64,000 bases of DNA. It comes from Candidatus Berkelbacteria bacterium (GTDB taxonomy: Bacteria; Patescibacteriota; UBA1384; UBA12157). Within the stretch, counting starts at the first letter, position 1. Each line of letters opens with the position of its first letter. The stretch is from the NCBI GenBank assembly GCA_037127955.1, contig JBAXXI010000001.1:9217-73216 (forward strand), in the 5' to 3' direction. The notes beneath the pieces are model-generated. The model ran no database searches, was not told the DNA's origin, and was given only the letters and a program-made list of their open reading frames with translations. Both the position numbers and the translations under genes were made by a program. Shown piece by piece: positions 34,829 to 44,923 of the stretch.

Positions 34829-36734
34829 ATCCTTTTATTTTAATAACTAATAATAACATAAAAATTACACCAAGTCCAATCAAAAACTTCGCAATCTGCA
34901 CCAAAACCGGATTCGAATTATCCTGATTTTCACTCAAATTAGACTGTGTCTCGGTATTTACTGAAGCCGCTTTAGCTTGACCAATAAAATCAGTGGCCGC
35001 CGGGGCCCGAGGCTTATTTGCACCAGTATTCTTTTGCACAGAACTCGCCACAACCGATTTTTTAACTGTTTTTGGCTTTGGTTCAGATTCGTTTTTAGTA
35101 GTCGCATCTTTTTTAATAATCCAAATATCATCTTGAACTCTAGGTAAAATTCGCCAAGTCTCACGATATAAATTGACCACTCCAATTACGCCAAAAATAT
35201 CGCCCTTACGCATTGGCGGTTTTTTTATTTCGGTTTTGGCTTGAATATAAATTTTAACCTGACCGGAACCATCATTTAAATAAAAAGTATTACCCGCAGT
35301 TTGCGTCACCTCACCTTCAACTTCAACTAATTTATCTTTATTATGCTTATAATCTTTAGTTTTTATTTTGATTGGTTTTTTATTAATAACCGGCTTTTCT
35401 TCTTCGTCAGCACTTGTCACTTCTACGGCCGGTAAATAAAAAATATTTTCTTCACCAGACGTCGCCTTACTTGTCCAAGCCCAATCATTGCTACTATTCC
35501 TGGCCCAAGTATAAGTTTCTTTTCCGCCACTAAAAACTGGTGTTTCATACGCGATTTTATCATTTGGATAGTACAATCTAACACCGTCTTTATCATTATT
35601 TAGCGTAATACCAGTTTTACTACGAGCGAAAATTAAATAACCCAACGGCTCGATCTGACCATCTGTAATCTGATAACGTTTAATTGCACCTTCCATGTCC
35701 TCAAGATACCAACCAGATAAATCAACTTTTTCATCTGATTTATTATAAAGCTCAATCCATTCATAAGTCGTCTCGTCACCTGAAGGATCAGCCATTAATT
35801 CATTAACCGCAATTGCATCGGAATAAACCGGTTCAACTAATGAAATTTTGTAAATTTCTGACTCGGTCTTATCGGTGTCATTCGTTGCAATCACTTGCCA
35901 ATAATAATCACCCCAGGTTAAATCAGGAATATTATATTCAAGTTTTGATAATTTCACTTCATCGACAATCGGATCAGAAAGATCTTCATTCTTTGATAAT
36001 AAAAATTCATAAGTTAAATTTTGAGTATCTTTTTCCTGCCAAGAAAAAGTAATATTTTGAGTATTTTCAATTGATTTATTGTCAGGCAAAAGTTCTGTTG
36101 GCGCTAAAGGTTTTAACATTTTTGGCTTACTGGAATTTTCTTCACCAGGCGTTCCAAGGTAAGAAACTGTATCAGAAGCCAATAAATTTACTAACTTCAC
36201 GGCCGTTTGCCAACTATCACTCAAACTACCGTCGTCATAGTCACTGGTTCTTTCCATAGAAAATTTTTCCGAACTTGTATTTTTTCCAGCTAAAGGCGTC
36301 TTACCATCGCCAGCTACATCAACCAATAAAGTTTTATCCTGCCAATCACCCTTATAAAGCTTTATTTGCAAAGTATCATTAGACAAACTTACGCCCTTAT
36401 CAACTAAATCAGGACTTATGTCTAAAATCGAACTTGAGCCTTTTGCATAATGTGAGATTAAAAAATATGAATCTGATTCAATCTTACTATCCGCAGGAAA
36501 AGTCAACATTAGCTTCTCCGTACCACCACTTAAATAGGTTATTTGCCAACCAGAGATGTCAACATCAGTATCGCCAGCATTATAAAGCTCAACCCATTCA
36601 TCATAAGATGTTTTACCACCAGACCACATTAATTCATTTATAAAAATAGACTGACTAGCAGCCTGAACTTTTGAGAAATTTAAAAATAGAACAAAAAAAG
36701 AAAAAATGAAAAAAATAAAAAAACGTCTAAACAT
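34779..36734 (-). CDS. Secreted protein with two lamin-tail domains (LTD) and a C-terminal membrane anchor
   Basis: Signal peptide. LTD signatures INELMWSGG...EWVELYNAGDTDVDISGWQI and AVNELMADPSGD...EWIELYNKSDEKVDLSGWYLED. C-terminal TM FLIGLGVIFMLLLVI. Confidence 0.65.
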   Translation of the reverse strand: MFRRFFIFFIFSFFVLFLNFSKVQAASQSIFINELMWSGGKTSYDEWVELYNAGDTDVDISGWQITYLSGGTEKLMLTFPADSKIESDSYFLISHYAKGSSSILDISPDLVDKGVSLSNDTLQIKLYKGDWQDKTLLVDVAGDGKTPLAGKNTSSEKFSMERTSDYDDGSLSDSWQTAVKLVNLLASDTVSYLGTPGEENSSKPKMLKPLAPTELLPDNKSIENTQNITFSWQEKDTQNLTYEFLLSKNEDLSDPIVDEVKLSKLEYNIPDLTWGDYYWQVIATNDTDKTESEIYKISLVEPVYSDAIAVNELMADPSGDETTYEWIELYNKSDEKVDLSGWYLEDMEGAIKRYQITDGQIEPLGYLIFARSKTGITLNNDKDGVRLYYPNDKIAYETPVFSGGKETYTWARNSSNDWAWTSKATSGEENIFYLPAVEVTSADEEEKPVINKKPIKIKTKDYKHNKDKLVEVEGEVTQTAGNTFYLNDGSGQVKIYIQAKTEIKKPPMRKGDIFGVIGVVNLYRETWRILPRVQDDIWIIKKDATTKNESEPKPKTVKKSVVASSVQKNTGANKPRAPAATDFIGQAKAASVNTETQSNLSENQDNSNPVLVQIAKFLIGLGVIFMLLLVIKIKGFERINITGGHFGDDDT

Positions 36735-36744
36735 TTTAAGGTTT

Positions 36745-37575
36745 CTAGAATTTTATTTCACCACCCTTGGCTAAATCATCATTTGAAATATCACCTTCTT
36801 TGACAACAGTATCTTTTTTTACTTCATGTCTTGACTCAATCAGTGGCGGACAAATTGGCGGTGGCGGACAAACACACTCTTTTTCCACTGATTTTGTTGT
36901 ATCTACTTGGCCAGTACTGATTAAAGATTTATTTCTAACGATCAAACCGCCGCGAAAATCTCCATCAGCAATAGCCGCCTCACCAATTCTCTCTTCTTTG
37001 GCAATATGCTCATTATGTAAATCTAAAATTTTATCAGCAATAGAAGCCGGATCAGGAATACTCTCAACCACATATGTTCGGGTATTCTCACCCGCACTTT
37101 CAGCAATCAAATCACCGTAATTAAACAAAGTTGGTAACAAACCTTTAACCCTAGCCGAAACATCTTGAATCCGAAGAAGCGATATTTCCGTAATCCTTCG
37201 ATCAAATAAACCACTTTGATCGATATCAATCACCTCGTTGTCGGTAATTACAAAAACATTATAATAATAGCTAATCCAGGTAGTGAAGAAAAAAGACAAG
37301 AAAACTAGATAGTAAATTGAACCAAAAATAGTTAGAATATTAGCCCAAAGTGTTGAAAAAATTTCTGGATTGAGCGATTTTAAAACAGAAATGATAAAAA
37401 TTGGCATTAGAAACATTACCAAACTCATAAAAATAGGCTTGATCATTGAAGCTATATGTCTTCTGGTGATCACGATCACATGATCTTTTTCGTGACCCGG
37501 AATAGAATTAATTGATAAACTCATATTAAACCTTATTGGCTTTGAATCAAATTGATATTTAAATTGGTATTCCAA
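36745..37575 (-). CDS. Membrane protein with a bacterial PH domain (bPH_2 / YdbT-like) and a Cys/Pro-rich C-terminal segment
   Basis: Two TM helices then NEVIDIDQSGLFDRRITEISLLRIQDVSARVKG, matching the DUF304 pattern. C-terminal CVCPPPPICPPL. Confidence 0.55.
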   Translation of the reverse strand: MEYQFKYQFDSKPIRFNMSLSINSIPGHEKDHVIVITRRHIASMIKPIFMSLVMFLMPIFIISVLKSLNPEIFSTLWANILTIFGSIYYLVFLSFFFTTWISYYYNVFVITDNEVIDIDQSGLFDRRITEISLLRIQDVSARVKGLLPTLFNYGDLIAESAGENTRTYVVESIPDPASIADKILDLHNEHIAKEERIGEAAIADGDFRGGLIVRNKSLISTGQVDTTKSVEKECVCPPPPICPPLIESRHEVKKDTVVKEGDISNDDLAKGGEIKF

Positions 37576-37760
37576 TCAAGATTGGCCATAATTGATAAAG
37601 AAATAATGATAATTAGAACCATCATTACAGCATAAACAACCAAAAGCAATCTGGTTCGATCATGCTTTAGTCTCATTGAGTAAACACGAAAAATAGCATA
37701 TACATTAAAAATGATATACAGTACTAGAAAAATAAAATATAAATCTAAAAATATTTTCAT
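37533..37760 (-). CDS. Small membrane protein (75 aa)
   Basis: ORF track. Two hydrophobic helices. Confidence 0.3.
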   Translation of the reverse strand: MKIFLDLYFIFLVLYIIFNVYAIFRVYSMRLKHDRTRLLLVVYAVMMVLIIIISLSIMANLDWNTNLNINLIQSQ

Positions 37761-37796
37761 AATTAAATCATAACAGATTAAATTACAAATAAAAGA

Positions 37797-39005
37797 CTAG
37801 GATGGTCTAACTATCTTCATTGATCGAACTTGGTTCAAATTATAACTTCGACCAGGGCCAATCGGGTCATGCATTAAATATTTCCCACCAGATACACCTT
37901 TGATCACAATAAAATGCGACGAACCATCTCTATTAATGGCTCCGACCGACGGTAAATAAATACTGACAATAACCGGGTGTTTAGAGCTAAGTTCACTATT
38001 AACTGTATTCCAGTCAATTGGCTGACTCGGACCGACACTTACACCAGGAATAGCGGTTGAATTCAAGTAGCCTTCACGATCAAATAACCACCACATTTGA
38101 GCAATATTGGTTGGAGTCATTTTTTTGCCATAATAGGTATCAATCATGGCAATTGAAGTAATTAAACAACCATAGCTACTAACCGTATATGGGCTACGAC
38201 CCAATCTGGTATAATTACCGGTTTGCATATAATACCAGCTGCTAGCCTCTTGAGAAACAATTTGACTACCCCAATTACTCTTACCGGTTAAGACAGCCAT
38301 CTGATTATTAATTTCATCAATTCTAGCTTGAGCCGCTTTTTGCTGATTCTGTAAATCGGCAATTGCACTTTTGGTATTACTCAAAATGCCAGCCTTATTT
38401 TGCTGCTCTATCTGAATTCCATTTTGTTGTTGAACTAAAATGTCTTTTTGAGTCTCTAAATCAGACTTTTGGCTTTCCAAGTCTACTTTTTGTGCCTGAA
38501 GGTCTGACATTGTTTTATTAATACTGGTAATTTGCTTATTCAAATCTTCCGAAATTGAGTCTAAATACTGACTTTTATTTAAAATATCTGATAAAGAATT
38601 GGAGCTAACTACAATTTCTAAAGTCGATGGACTTTGATTCTCATAATAAGCCCTGATCGTTTCATAAAGACTATCTTTTTGCTTTTTTAGTTCAACCATA
38701 TTCGCATCAATACTGGACTCGGTCGCCGAAATCTGCTGATTAGTTAAATTAATTTTACTTAAACTGTAATCAATATCTTTCTGCATGCCATCAATTTGAT
38801 CGCTCAAGTTATTGATTGTTCCTTGAATATCATTAGCCTGTATCTGTTTCGATGAAATCGCTGAACGGTTGGCTTGAATTTGCCGATCTAAAGCAGCCTG
38901 CTCCTTTTTCAAATCAGAAAGTGTACTAGCAAAAACAGGCGTCTTAAATAAAAACCCAGACGTCGCGACCAACAAAAGTAAAATTATATAAAACGTTTTT
39001 TTCAT
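37797..39005 (-). CDS. PcsB-like cell-wall hydrolase: signal peptide, long coiled-coil, C-terminal cysteine peptidase (CHAP/C39-like) domain
   Basis: About 230 aa of heptad-rich Q/L/K/D sequence, then SSYGCLITSIAMIDTYYG (catalytic Cys) and HFIVIKG...HDP (His). Immediately downstream of ftsX. Confidence 0.6.
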   Translation of the reverse strand: MKKTFYIILLLLVATSGFLFKTPVFASTLSDLKKEQAALDRQIQANRSAISSKQIQANDIQGTINNLSDQIDGMQKDIDYSLSKINLTNQQISATESSIDANMVELKKQKDSLYETIRAYYENQSPSTLEIVVSSNSLSDILNKSQYLDSISEDLNKQITSINKTMSDLQAQKVDLESQKSDLETQKDILVQQQNGIQIEQQNKAGILSNTKSAIADLQNQQKAAQARIDEINNQMAVLTGKSNWGSQIVSQEASSWYYMQTGNYTRLGRSPYTVSSYGCLITSIAMIDTYYGKKMTPTNIAQMWWLFDREGYLNSTAIPGVSVGPSQPIDWNTVNSELSSKHPVIVSIYLPSVGAINRDGSSHFIVIKGVSGGKYLMHDPIGPGRSYNLNQVRSMKIVRPS

Positions 39006-39017
39006 TATTACAAAAAA

Positions 39018-39932
39018 CTAAAACTTTAAGTATTTTTTAATACTAATTAAACTACAAAATACACCAATCGCCATACCAACAAGCAAATCCAATCCCAACA
39101 TTGCCCAAAAATTACCACTAAAGAAAACCAACAAAAGCTGACTATTAGCTTGACCCAAATAATGAGTTGTACGTGGCAATATCATAAACAAACCAATCCA
39201 AACAATCGACATTGACATAATTGTAGCCAAAAGACCGTAAATCAAACCCTCTAAAACAAAAGGATATTTAATAAAAGCATCACTTGCCCCAACTAGACGC
39301 ATGATTTCGATTTCGTCTTTTCTTGTAAACATTGCCAAGCGAGTGGTGTTAATGACAACCAATATAGAAATTAAAATAAAAATCCCGCATAGCATCCAAC
39401 CAAATTCACGAGTGAAGGCTGTGATAGCCACCAGTCGATCGATTAAATCTTTATTATCTTGATAACTAATATTATGAATAATCGGTTTTAAGGACTCTTG
39501 CTTCAAGGACTCGGCTATGACCGGTATACTTTCGGCCTGAATCGCTTTGATCTCTAAACTGCGTGGCAGAGGATTATCGTTTGGATCAATCACACTGGCA
39601 ATTTGTTTATTTTGAGTTTGTTTTTCAAAAGCCATGAGAGCGTCTTCTTTTGATATATAGGTGACGGTTTTAACATCGGTTCTGGCCGCAAGCTGTTTTT
39701 GTAAATCCGTAATTTGCGATGTCGAAGCCGAGTCATTAAAATAGACGCTAACGTCCATTTTAGCTCTAACTTTATCGGTAATTTTGTTAATCGCCACTGA
39801 CGAAATCACAAAAAAACCGACTACCAACAAGGTTAAAGTCATAATTAAAGTTGCCGCAAAAGACAACCAGCTATTACGCCAAAAATTGGTCAAGCCTAAC
39901 TTAAAAATTCTTTTGGCTGATTCTATTCTCAT
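39018..39932 (-). CDS. ftsX: Cell division permease-like protein FtsX
   Basis: 304 aa. TM1, a large extracytoplasmic loop, then three C-terminal TM helices. 4-nt overlap with ftsE. Confidence 0.85.
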   Translation of the reverse strand: MRIESAKRIFKLGLTNFWRNSWLSFAATLIMTLTLLVVGFFVISSVAINKITDKVRAKMDVSVYFNDSASTSQITDLQKQLAARTDVKTVTYISKEDALMAFEKQTQNKQIASVIDPNDNPLPRSLEIKAIQAESIPVIAESLKQESLKPIIHNISYQDNKDLIDRLVAITAFTREFGWMLCGIFILISILVVINTTRLAMFTRKDEIEIMRLVGASDAFIKYPFVLEGLIYGLLATIMSMSIVWIGLFMILPRTTHYLGQANSQLLLVFFSGNFWAMLGLDLLVGMAIGVFCSLISIKKYLKF

Positions 39933-40606
39933 ATGGCGTATCCCCCTTTAATTCGATCTGAAACAATTTTGCCTGCCTTCATCAGGATCACTCTGCGTTT
40001 TAATCGATCAACAATACTTTTATTATGCGTCGCAAAAATTAAAGTTGTACCTAAACTATTCACCTTCTCCAATAAATCAACGATTTCCCAAGCATTAACC
40101 GGATCAAGATTACCAGTCGGCTCATCGGCAATTAAAATTTTTGGGTTATGAATCAAAGCACGGGCGATACTCACACGCTGTCGCTCACCACCAGAAAGCT
40201 CATGAGGCAAATTATTGCGGCGTTTAAGCATACCAACTAAATCCAAAATTTTAGGGACTTTATCTTCAATTTCTTCAATTGGCGCTTCACAAACCTCAAG
40301 TGCAAACGCCACGTTTTCATAAACAGTTTTTTGAGGCAATAATTTAAAATCTTGAAAAACTACCCCGACTTTTCGGCGATAATAAGGGAGTTCAGCTGGC
40401 AAAAGTTTAGCAATATTTCGATCAGCCACAATAATTTTTCCAGAGGTCGGACGTTCTTCACAGACTAAAAGTTTAATCAAAGTAGATTTACCTGCTCCAG
40501 ATGGACCAACTAAAAATACAAACTCGCCGCGTTCAATATTCAAATTAATATTATCAACGGCTAAAGTATTCCCATATTGTTTAGATAATCCAATAGCTTC
40601 TATCAA
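39929..40606 (-). CDS. ftsE: Cell division ABC ATPase FtsE
   Basis: GPSGAGKST Walker A, LSGGERQRVSIARAL signature, ILIADEPTGNLD Walker B. Confidence 0.9.
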   Translation of the reverse strand: MIEAIGLSKQYGNTLAVDNINLNIERGEFVFLVGPSGAGKSTLIKLLVCEERPTSGKIIVADRNIAKLLPAELPYYRRKVGVVFQDFKLLPQKTVYENVAFALEVCEAPIEEIEDKVPKILDLVGMLKRRNNLPHELSGGERQRVSIARALIHNPKILIADEPTGNLDPVNAWEIVDLLEKVNSLGTTLIFATHNKSIVDRLKRRVILMKAGKIVSDRIKGGYAI

Positions 40607-40751
40607 TAAATCTCCTTTTTTTCTTAGTCAAATGTCTAAATTTATTATACCATTTTTCTTAATTGGTTCCAAATCAATCTGACAAAACCGGTTGACAGGT
40701 TCAAAATTTTCTGATACAATCTGACTATCATTTTCTGAGGAGGAAATTACC

Positions 40752-41507
40752 TTGAAAACTAAGTCCTTTGGACAAAAATTGAACGACTTATTTTTAGGCT
40801 TAATGAATATCATTATCCCTATAGCCAGCTACTTCTTTCCATTTGTCTTGATTTATTTTAATCACTGGATCGGCCTATACGCAAGATTAATATTTATCAT
40901 TATTCTTGCTATAGAATTCTATCTAATAACTCGACTGATTAAAAATATCTGTGACGGCTACAGCCCTTTTTATAAGGATAGCTATACTTATCTTGGTAAA
41001 TACTTACTTTTGGCGGGTTTAATTTTCGGCTTAGCTGGATTAACTATTCATATTAAATGGCCAGGTGATCCAACAAGCAACATAATCTACAATGTTAAAT
41101 CCGGCTCTATAACCCTCTATGACAATCAAATACGTTGGTATAATCCTTTTAGTCAGACTACAGTCTTGATGAATGATTTGCGAAAAAAGTATGATTGCGA
41201 ATCAATTTTATTTGAAAAACCATTGTTAATTAGTTTTAAACAGGCTCAAATAAAAATTGGTGTGTCACGCAATGAATTAATTAATAGTGACATTATCGGC
41301 CCGAATGGCACACTACTCTATAACGAAGAAATTACCAAAAGTATCGAACGCGCCAAAGAAAAAACTTTATTAAAAATGATTGATGGTATTAAAAATCATG
41401 GGTTAACCCATGACCAAAAACTCATTTTTATCTCCATGTTTAAAGATGAAATCAAGGAAAACCTACCAGCTTACCTTGAAACAGGCGAAATCCTCATCGA
41501 ACAATAA
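40752..41507 (+). CDS. Hypothetical membrane protein (251 aa)
   Basis: ORF track. Three N-terminal TM helices and a soluble C-terminal domain. Confidence 0.4.
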   Translation: MKTKSFGQKLNDLFLGLMNIIIPIASYFFPFVLIYFNHWIGLYARLIFIIILAIEFYLITRLIKNICDGYSPFYKDSYTYLGKYLLLAGLIFGLAGLTIHIKWPGDPTSNIIYNVKSGSITLYDNQIRWYNPFSQTTVLMNDLRKKYDCESILFEKPLLISFKQAQIKIGVSRNELINSDIIGPNGTLLYNEEITKSIERAKEKTLLKMIDGIKNHGLTHDQKLIFISMFKDEIKENLPAYLETGEILIEQ

Positions 41508-41514
41508 TCACTCA

Positions 41515-41542
41515 AACCCGAATCAACATTCGGGTTTTAAAT
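41515..41542. terminator. Hairpin terminator between convergent genes
   Basis: AACCCGAAT-caac-ATTCGGGTT-ttaaatt. Confidence 0.5.
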
Positions 41543-41553
41543 TACTTAATTTT

Positions 41554-43272
41554 TTACCGATCATGAGTCCATTTAACCAGATCAACTAAACTCATTGTAT
41601 TAATAATGTCTGATTTTTCACACCAACCACGACGCGCCACCGATACGCCATAACGCATTAAAGAAAAATGATTAGTGTGGTGCGAATCAGTATTAATTGC
41701 GAATTTAACACCCATTTTACAAGCAGATTGGACCAAAACATCAGCTAAATCTAAACGATTTGGAAATGAGGAAATCTCTAAAGCTGTTCCGGTCTGAGCA
41801 GCTTTAGCAAAAATTTGTGGCCAATCTAAATTACAAGGCTCTCGAACTCCAATTATTCTTCCTGACGGATGACCGATAATATCAACATGAGGATTTTCAA
41901 TCGCCTTAATCATTCTGGCTGTCACAATTTCTTTTTCTTGATTAAAACTTGTATGAATAGAAGCAATTACTAGATCCATTTTTTCGAGCATTTCATTTTT
42001 TATGTCTAAATCACCGTTCGCCTTAATATTAACTTCAACCGCGGAAAGAACTTTAATTTTATGGTTTTTCTGAACCTTTTCAATTTCTTTTTGACGTTCC
42101 TCCAGAGCTTTCTCGTCCAAGCCATTAGCAATCCCTAGGCCGACCGTATGATCAGAAATCGCCACATACTCATAACCCATTTTTTCGGCTTGTGTTACCA
42201 TTTCCTCAATCGTCATGAGCCCATCAGACCAGGTCGAATGAGTATGTAAATCACCTTTAATATCTTTTTGTTCAACTAATTTTGGTAAACTGTGTGACAA
42301 CGCCGCCTCAATCTCACCCCTGTCCTCACGAAGTTCTGGGGTAATAAAATCCATGTTTAAAAATTCATATACACCTTTTTCTGTTTTAAAAGTATGAACT
42401 TTATCCCTAAATTTAATCCCATGTTCTGAAACAGATTTGTTTTGAGTTTGAGCATAAGTTCTGAGTGCCACGTTATGTTCTTTACTTCCAGTAAAATGTT
42501 GCAACAAGGAACCGTATTCAGTCTCTGGCACAATTTCCAAATCGACCTGCACTCCCTGCCAATGAATAATAGTCGACTTGGTTTTACCCTGAGTCACTAC
42601 ATGATCGACAAATGGCAGTTTCACAAATTGATCGATAACCATTTTGGGCTTTTTGCTGGTCGCCACAATATCGATATCGCCAATGGTTTCTTTCATTCTC
42701 CTTAAACTACCAACAAAATCAACCTGAACGGTTTCAGGAAATTTTTTAATTGCTTCAACAATTTCTTCAGCAATTGGCAAGGCTTCAGTGATCAAAAGCT
42801 TACCTGATAATTTTCCTAAAATTTCAATACCACGTAAAATATTTTGAGCGGTTTTTTCTTGAAAAACTTCTTTGGCCTTACCGGCTTCAATTTTCTTTTT
42901 CAAATCACTAATATTTTTAGCCTTTAATTCTCTGGCGATTTTAACAGCCATTTTTGGCCCCACACCAGGAATTTGCAAAAATTCTATTTCCGAAACCGGC
43001 ACTTCTTTCTTAAGTTCTAAAAGATACTCAAGTTTACCAGTTTTTAAAAGCTCTTCAATCGCGCTCGCAATCGATTCACCTACACCATCGATTTCATTTA
43101 ACGCTTTGATACCACCTTCAAGATAAATATTTCTGAGTTCATGAGCCAAGTTTTCAATCACTTGAGCTGATTTTCGATAAGCTAAAATCCGAAATCGATT
43201 TTTTTCTGGATCCAAAATTTCCAGAATCGAAGCGATCTGGTTTAAGTTATGCGCAATTTCTTTATTTGTCAT
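41554..43272 (-). CDS. polX: Family X DNA polymerase with C-terminal PHP phosphoesterase domain
   Basis: Pol-beta-like N-terminus with Hh[15 protein letters not shown]. Nucleotidyltransferase GSLRR...DIDIV. PHP motifs [11 protein letters not shown] and VAISDHT. Confidence 0.85.
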   Translation of the reverse strand: MTNKEIAHNLNQIASILEILDPEKNRFRILAYRKSAQVIENLAHELRNIYLEGGIKALNEIDGVGESIASAIEELLKTGKLEYLLELKKEVPVSEIEFLQIPGVGPKMAVKIARELKAKNISDLKKKIEAGKAKEVFQEKTAQNILRGIEILGKLSGKLLITEALPIAEEIVEAIKKFPETVQVDFVGSLRRMKETIGDIDIVATSKKPKMVIDQFVKLPFVDHVVTQGKTKSTIIHWQGVQVDLEIVPETEYGSLLQHFTGSKEHNVALRTYAQTQNKSVSEHGIKFRDKVHTFKTEKGVYEFLNMDFITPELREDRGEIEAALSHSLPKLVEQKDIKGDLHTHSTWSDGLMTIEEMVTQAEKMGYEYVAISDHTVGLGIANGLDEKALEERQKEIEKVQKNHKIKVLSAVEVNIKANGDLDIKNEMLEKMDLVIASIHTSFNQEKEIVTARMIKAIENPHVDIIGHPSGRIIGVREPCNLDWPQIFAKAAQTGTALEISSFPNRLDLADVLVQSACKMGVKFAINTDSHHTNHFSLMRYGVSVARRGWCEKSDIINTMSLVDLVKWTHDR

Positions 43273-43282
43273 TTTACCCCTC

Positions 43283-43831
43283 CTAGAGTAAACGTTTGCT
43301 TAGCATGATTTTATCAGAAAATCTCTTATTTCTATAAAGTCCATCAGGCAAAATTCCATATTCTTTCATACCGACTTTAGCATATAACGCTCTAGCCGGT
43401 TCATTATCAGAAAAAACATCAAGTATAGCGGTTCGAAGACCCATTTTCCGACCACAATCAAAAATCATTTCCATTAAAAATGTACCAAGTCCCTCGCCAC
43501 GAAAATCACGATCAACCATAATACCGATCGTCCCGATATGATACTCACGCACATTCATGCCATGATAAATATCAACTGAACCGATAATTTTTCCATCAAA
43601 AATAACCCAACGAAGAGAAGAGATGCCTTTAGTATTTCTTTCAATTTGCGTCGCCAACCATTTTTCCTCGTCCTCACGCATAATTTTTTTACCTGGATCA
43701 AAACTCAAAAATGTATTTTCTTTGGCTAACTTATTAGCAAAAGCCAAAACTTCATCGAGCAAATCCATGGTCGGTTCAACAATTTGAACCTTACGATTTT
43801 TCTTGGTTGTAAACTCTTGAATTATTTTCAT
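43283..43831 (-). CDS. GNAT-family N-acetyltransferase
   Basis: Acetyl-CoA motif FRGEGLGTFLM and the general GNAT fold pattern. Confidence 0.8.
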   Translation of the reverse strand: MKIIQEFTTKKNRKVQIVEPTMDLLDEVLAFANKLAKENTFLSFDPGKKIMREDEEKWLATQIERNTKGISSLRWVIFDGKIIGSVDIYHGMNVREYHIGTIGIMVDRDFRGEGLGTFLMEMIFDCGRKMGLRTAILDVFSDNEPARALYAKVGMKEYGILPDGLYRNKRFSDKIMLSKRLL

Positions 43832-44262
43832 ATTTCCTCATTTTCTACAAAGAATGCTTTGAAAAAGTTTTTGACTGGTAAAAATAATGGTTTTGGCAAT
43901 TTTTTTATGTGGAACCAACCCAAATCAGTCATTTTGTCTGGCTCCATGATTTTTGGTTTACCAGATCTTATTTCGGCACGCATCGCAATGGTTATATAGT
44001 GTTTCCCATCATCGAATATATCATTAGTTAGACCGAAGAATTTAACATTTTTAATTTTAACACCAACTTCTTCCAGAACTTCCCTCTTAGCGCAATCGAC
44101 AAAAGATTCACCGAACTCCAAATGCCCGCCGGGTGGACACCACGTACCCTCACCGTGAGTGCCTTGTCGACGCAATAAGAGTATCTCATTTTTAGAATTG
44201 AAAATATAAACCCCAACCCCAACTTTCGGCCGCAAATCACTTTGTTGTTGTATATGGTTCAT
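43828..44262 (-). CDS. NUDIX hydrolase
   Basis: Nudix box GGHLEFGESFVDCAKREVLEEVGV. The start is taken at MNHIQQ (ATG 44262), directly after the stop of the upstream DUF1653-like gene. Confidence 0.8.
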   Translation of the reverse strand: MNHIQQQSDLRPKVGVGVYIFNSKNEILLLRRQGTHGEGTWCPPGGHLEFGESFVDCAKREVLEEVGVKIKNVKFFGLTNDIFDDGKHYITIAMRAEIRSGKPKIMEPDKMTDLGWFHIKKLPKPLFLPVKNFFKAFFVENEEI

Positions 44263-44263
44263 T

Positions 44264-44473
44264 TTACTCTCCAATATAGTCAAATCTTGGAATTTTTTGA
44301 CCATCGATTTCGACAAATTCTTCAAACATTTTAGCCGGCCGAACCCACAAATCATAATCACCATAAAGCGCCCGATACACAACCATATCTTCTAAAGTTT
44401 CTGAATCACGAGCTGTACCAATAACCTCATAATCTTTATCTTTATAATGTTTATATCTGCCAATTTTAATCAT
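44264..44473 (-). CDS. DUF1653-like small protein (69 aa)
   Basis: GRYKHYKDKDYEVIGTARDSETLEDMVVYRALYGDYDLWVRP resembles the DUF1653 pattern. Confidence 0.5.
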   Translation of the reverse strand: MIKIGRYKHYKDKDYEVIGTARDSETLEDMVVYRALYGDYDLWVRPAKMFEEFVEIDGQKIPRFDYIGE

Positions 44474-44482
44474 AAAAATTTA

Positions 44483-44908
44483 TTATTTATTTAAAATTTT
44501 TTCGAGAGTTGGGATTATCTCTTCCGAATGAAACGCTAATTTAAGTTTTTTGATATCGGCAAGCGTCATCCACTCAATGGCGGCACCCTCATGTAACTCG
44601 ACTTTTACATCCTGTTTAACACGACAAAGGAAAACTCTATCCCGAACATTTTCGTCATGCATAAATTCAAAGATGAATTCACATTCGCTTAATAAAACTT
44701 CTAAATCCAATTCTTCTTTAATTTCCCTAACAATTCCTTCGACATCACTTTCACCTGCATCTTGGCCACCACCGGGAATCGTCCACATATTTGGATATAA
44801 AATATTTTTACCATTACCATCGTCTCTTAATTGCATCAAAATTTTGCTATCTTCCCGCAAAAGAACAAAAGTTAAACCGAACTGAATTTTAGAATCTTTT
44901 TTATTCAT
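44483..44908 (-). CDS. NUDIX hydrolase (second copy)
   Basis: Nudix box GGGQDAGESDVEGIVREIKEELDLEV. Confidence 0.8.
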   Translation of the reverse strand: MNKKDSKIQFGLTFVLLREDSKILMQLRDDGNGKNILYPNMWTIPGGGQDAGESDVEGIVREIKEELDLEVLLSECEFIFEFMHDENVRDRVFLCRVKQDVKVELHEGAAIEWMTLADIKKLKLAFHSEEIIPTLEKILNK

Positions 44909-44923
44909 AGTATTATAACGGTA

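Noticed and set aside
44028-44240. ORF 44028..44240 (-) and ORF 44550..44885 (+) inside the NUDIX genes
   Set aside because: They overlap confirmed NUDIX reading frames in alternative frames, so they are spurious.
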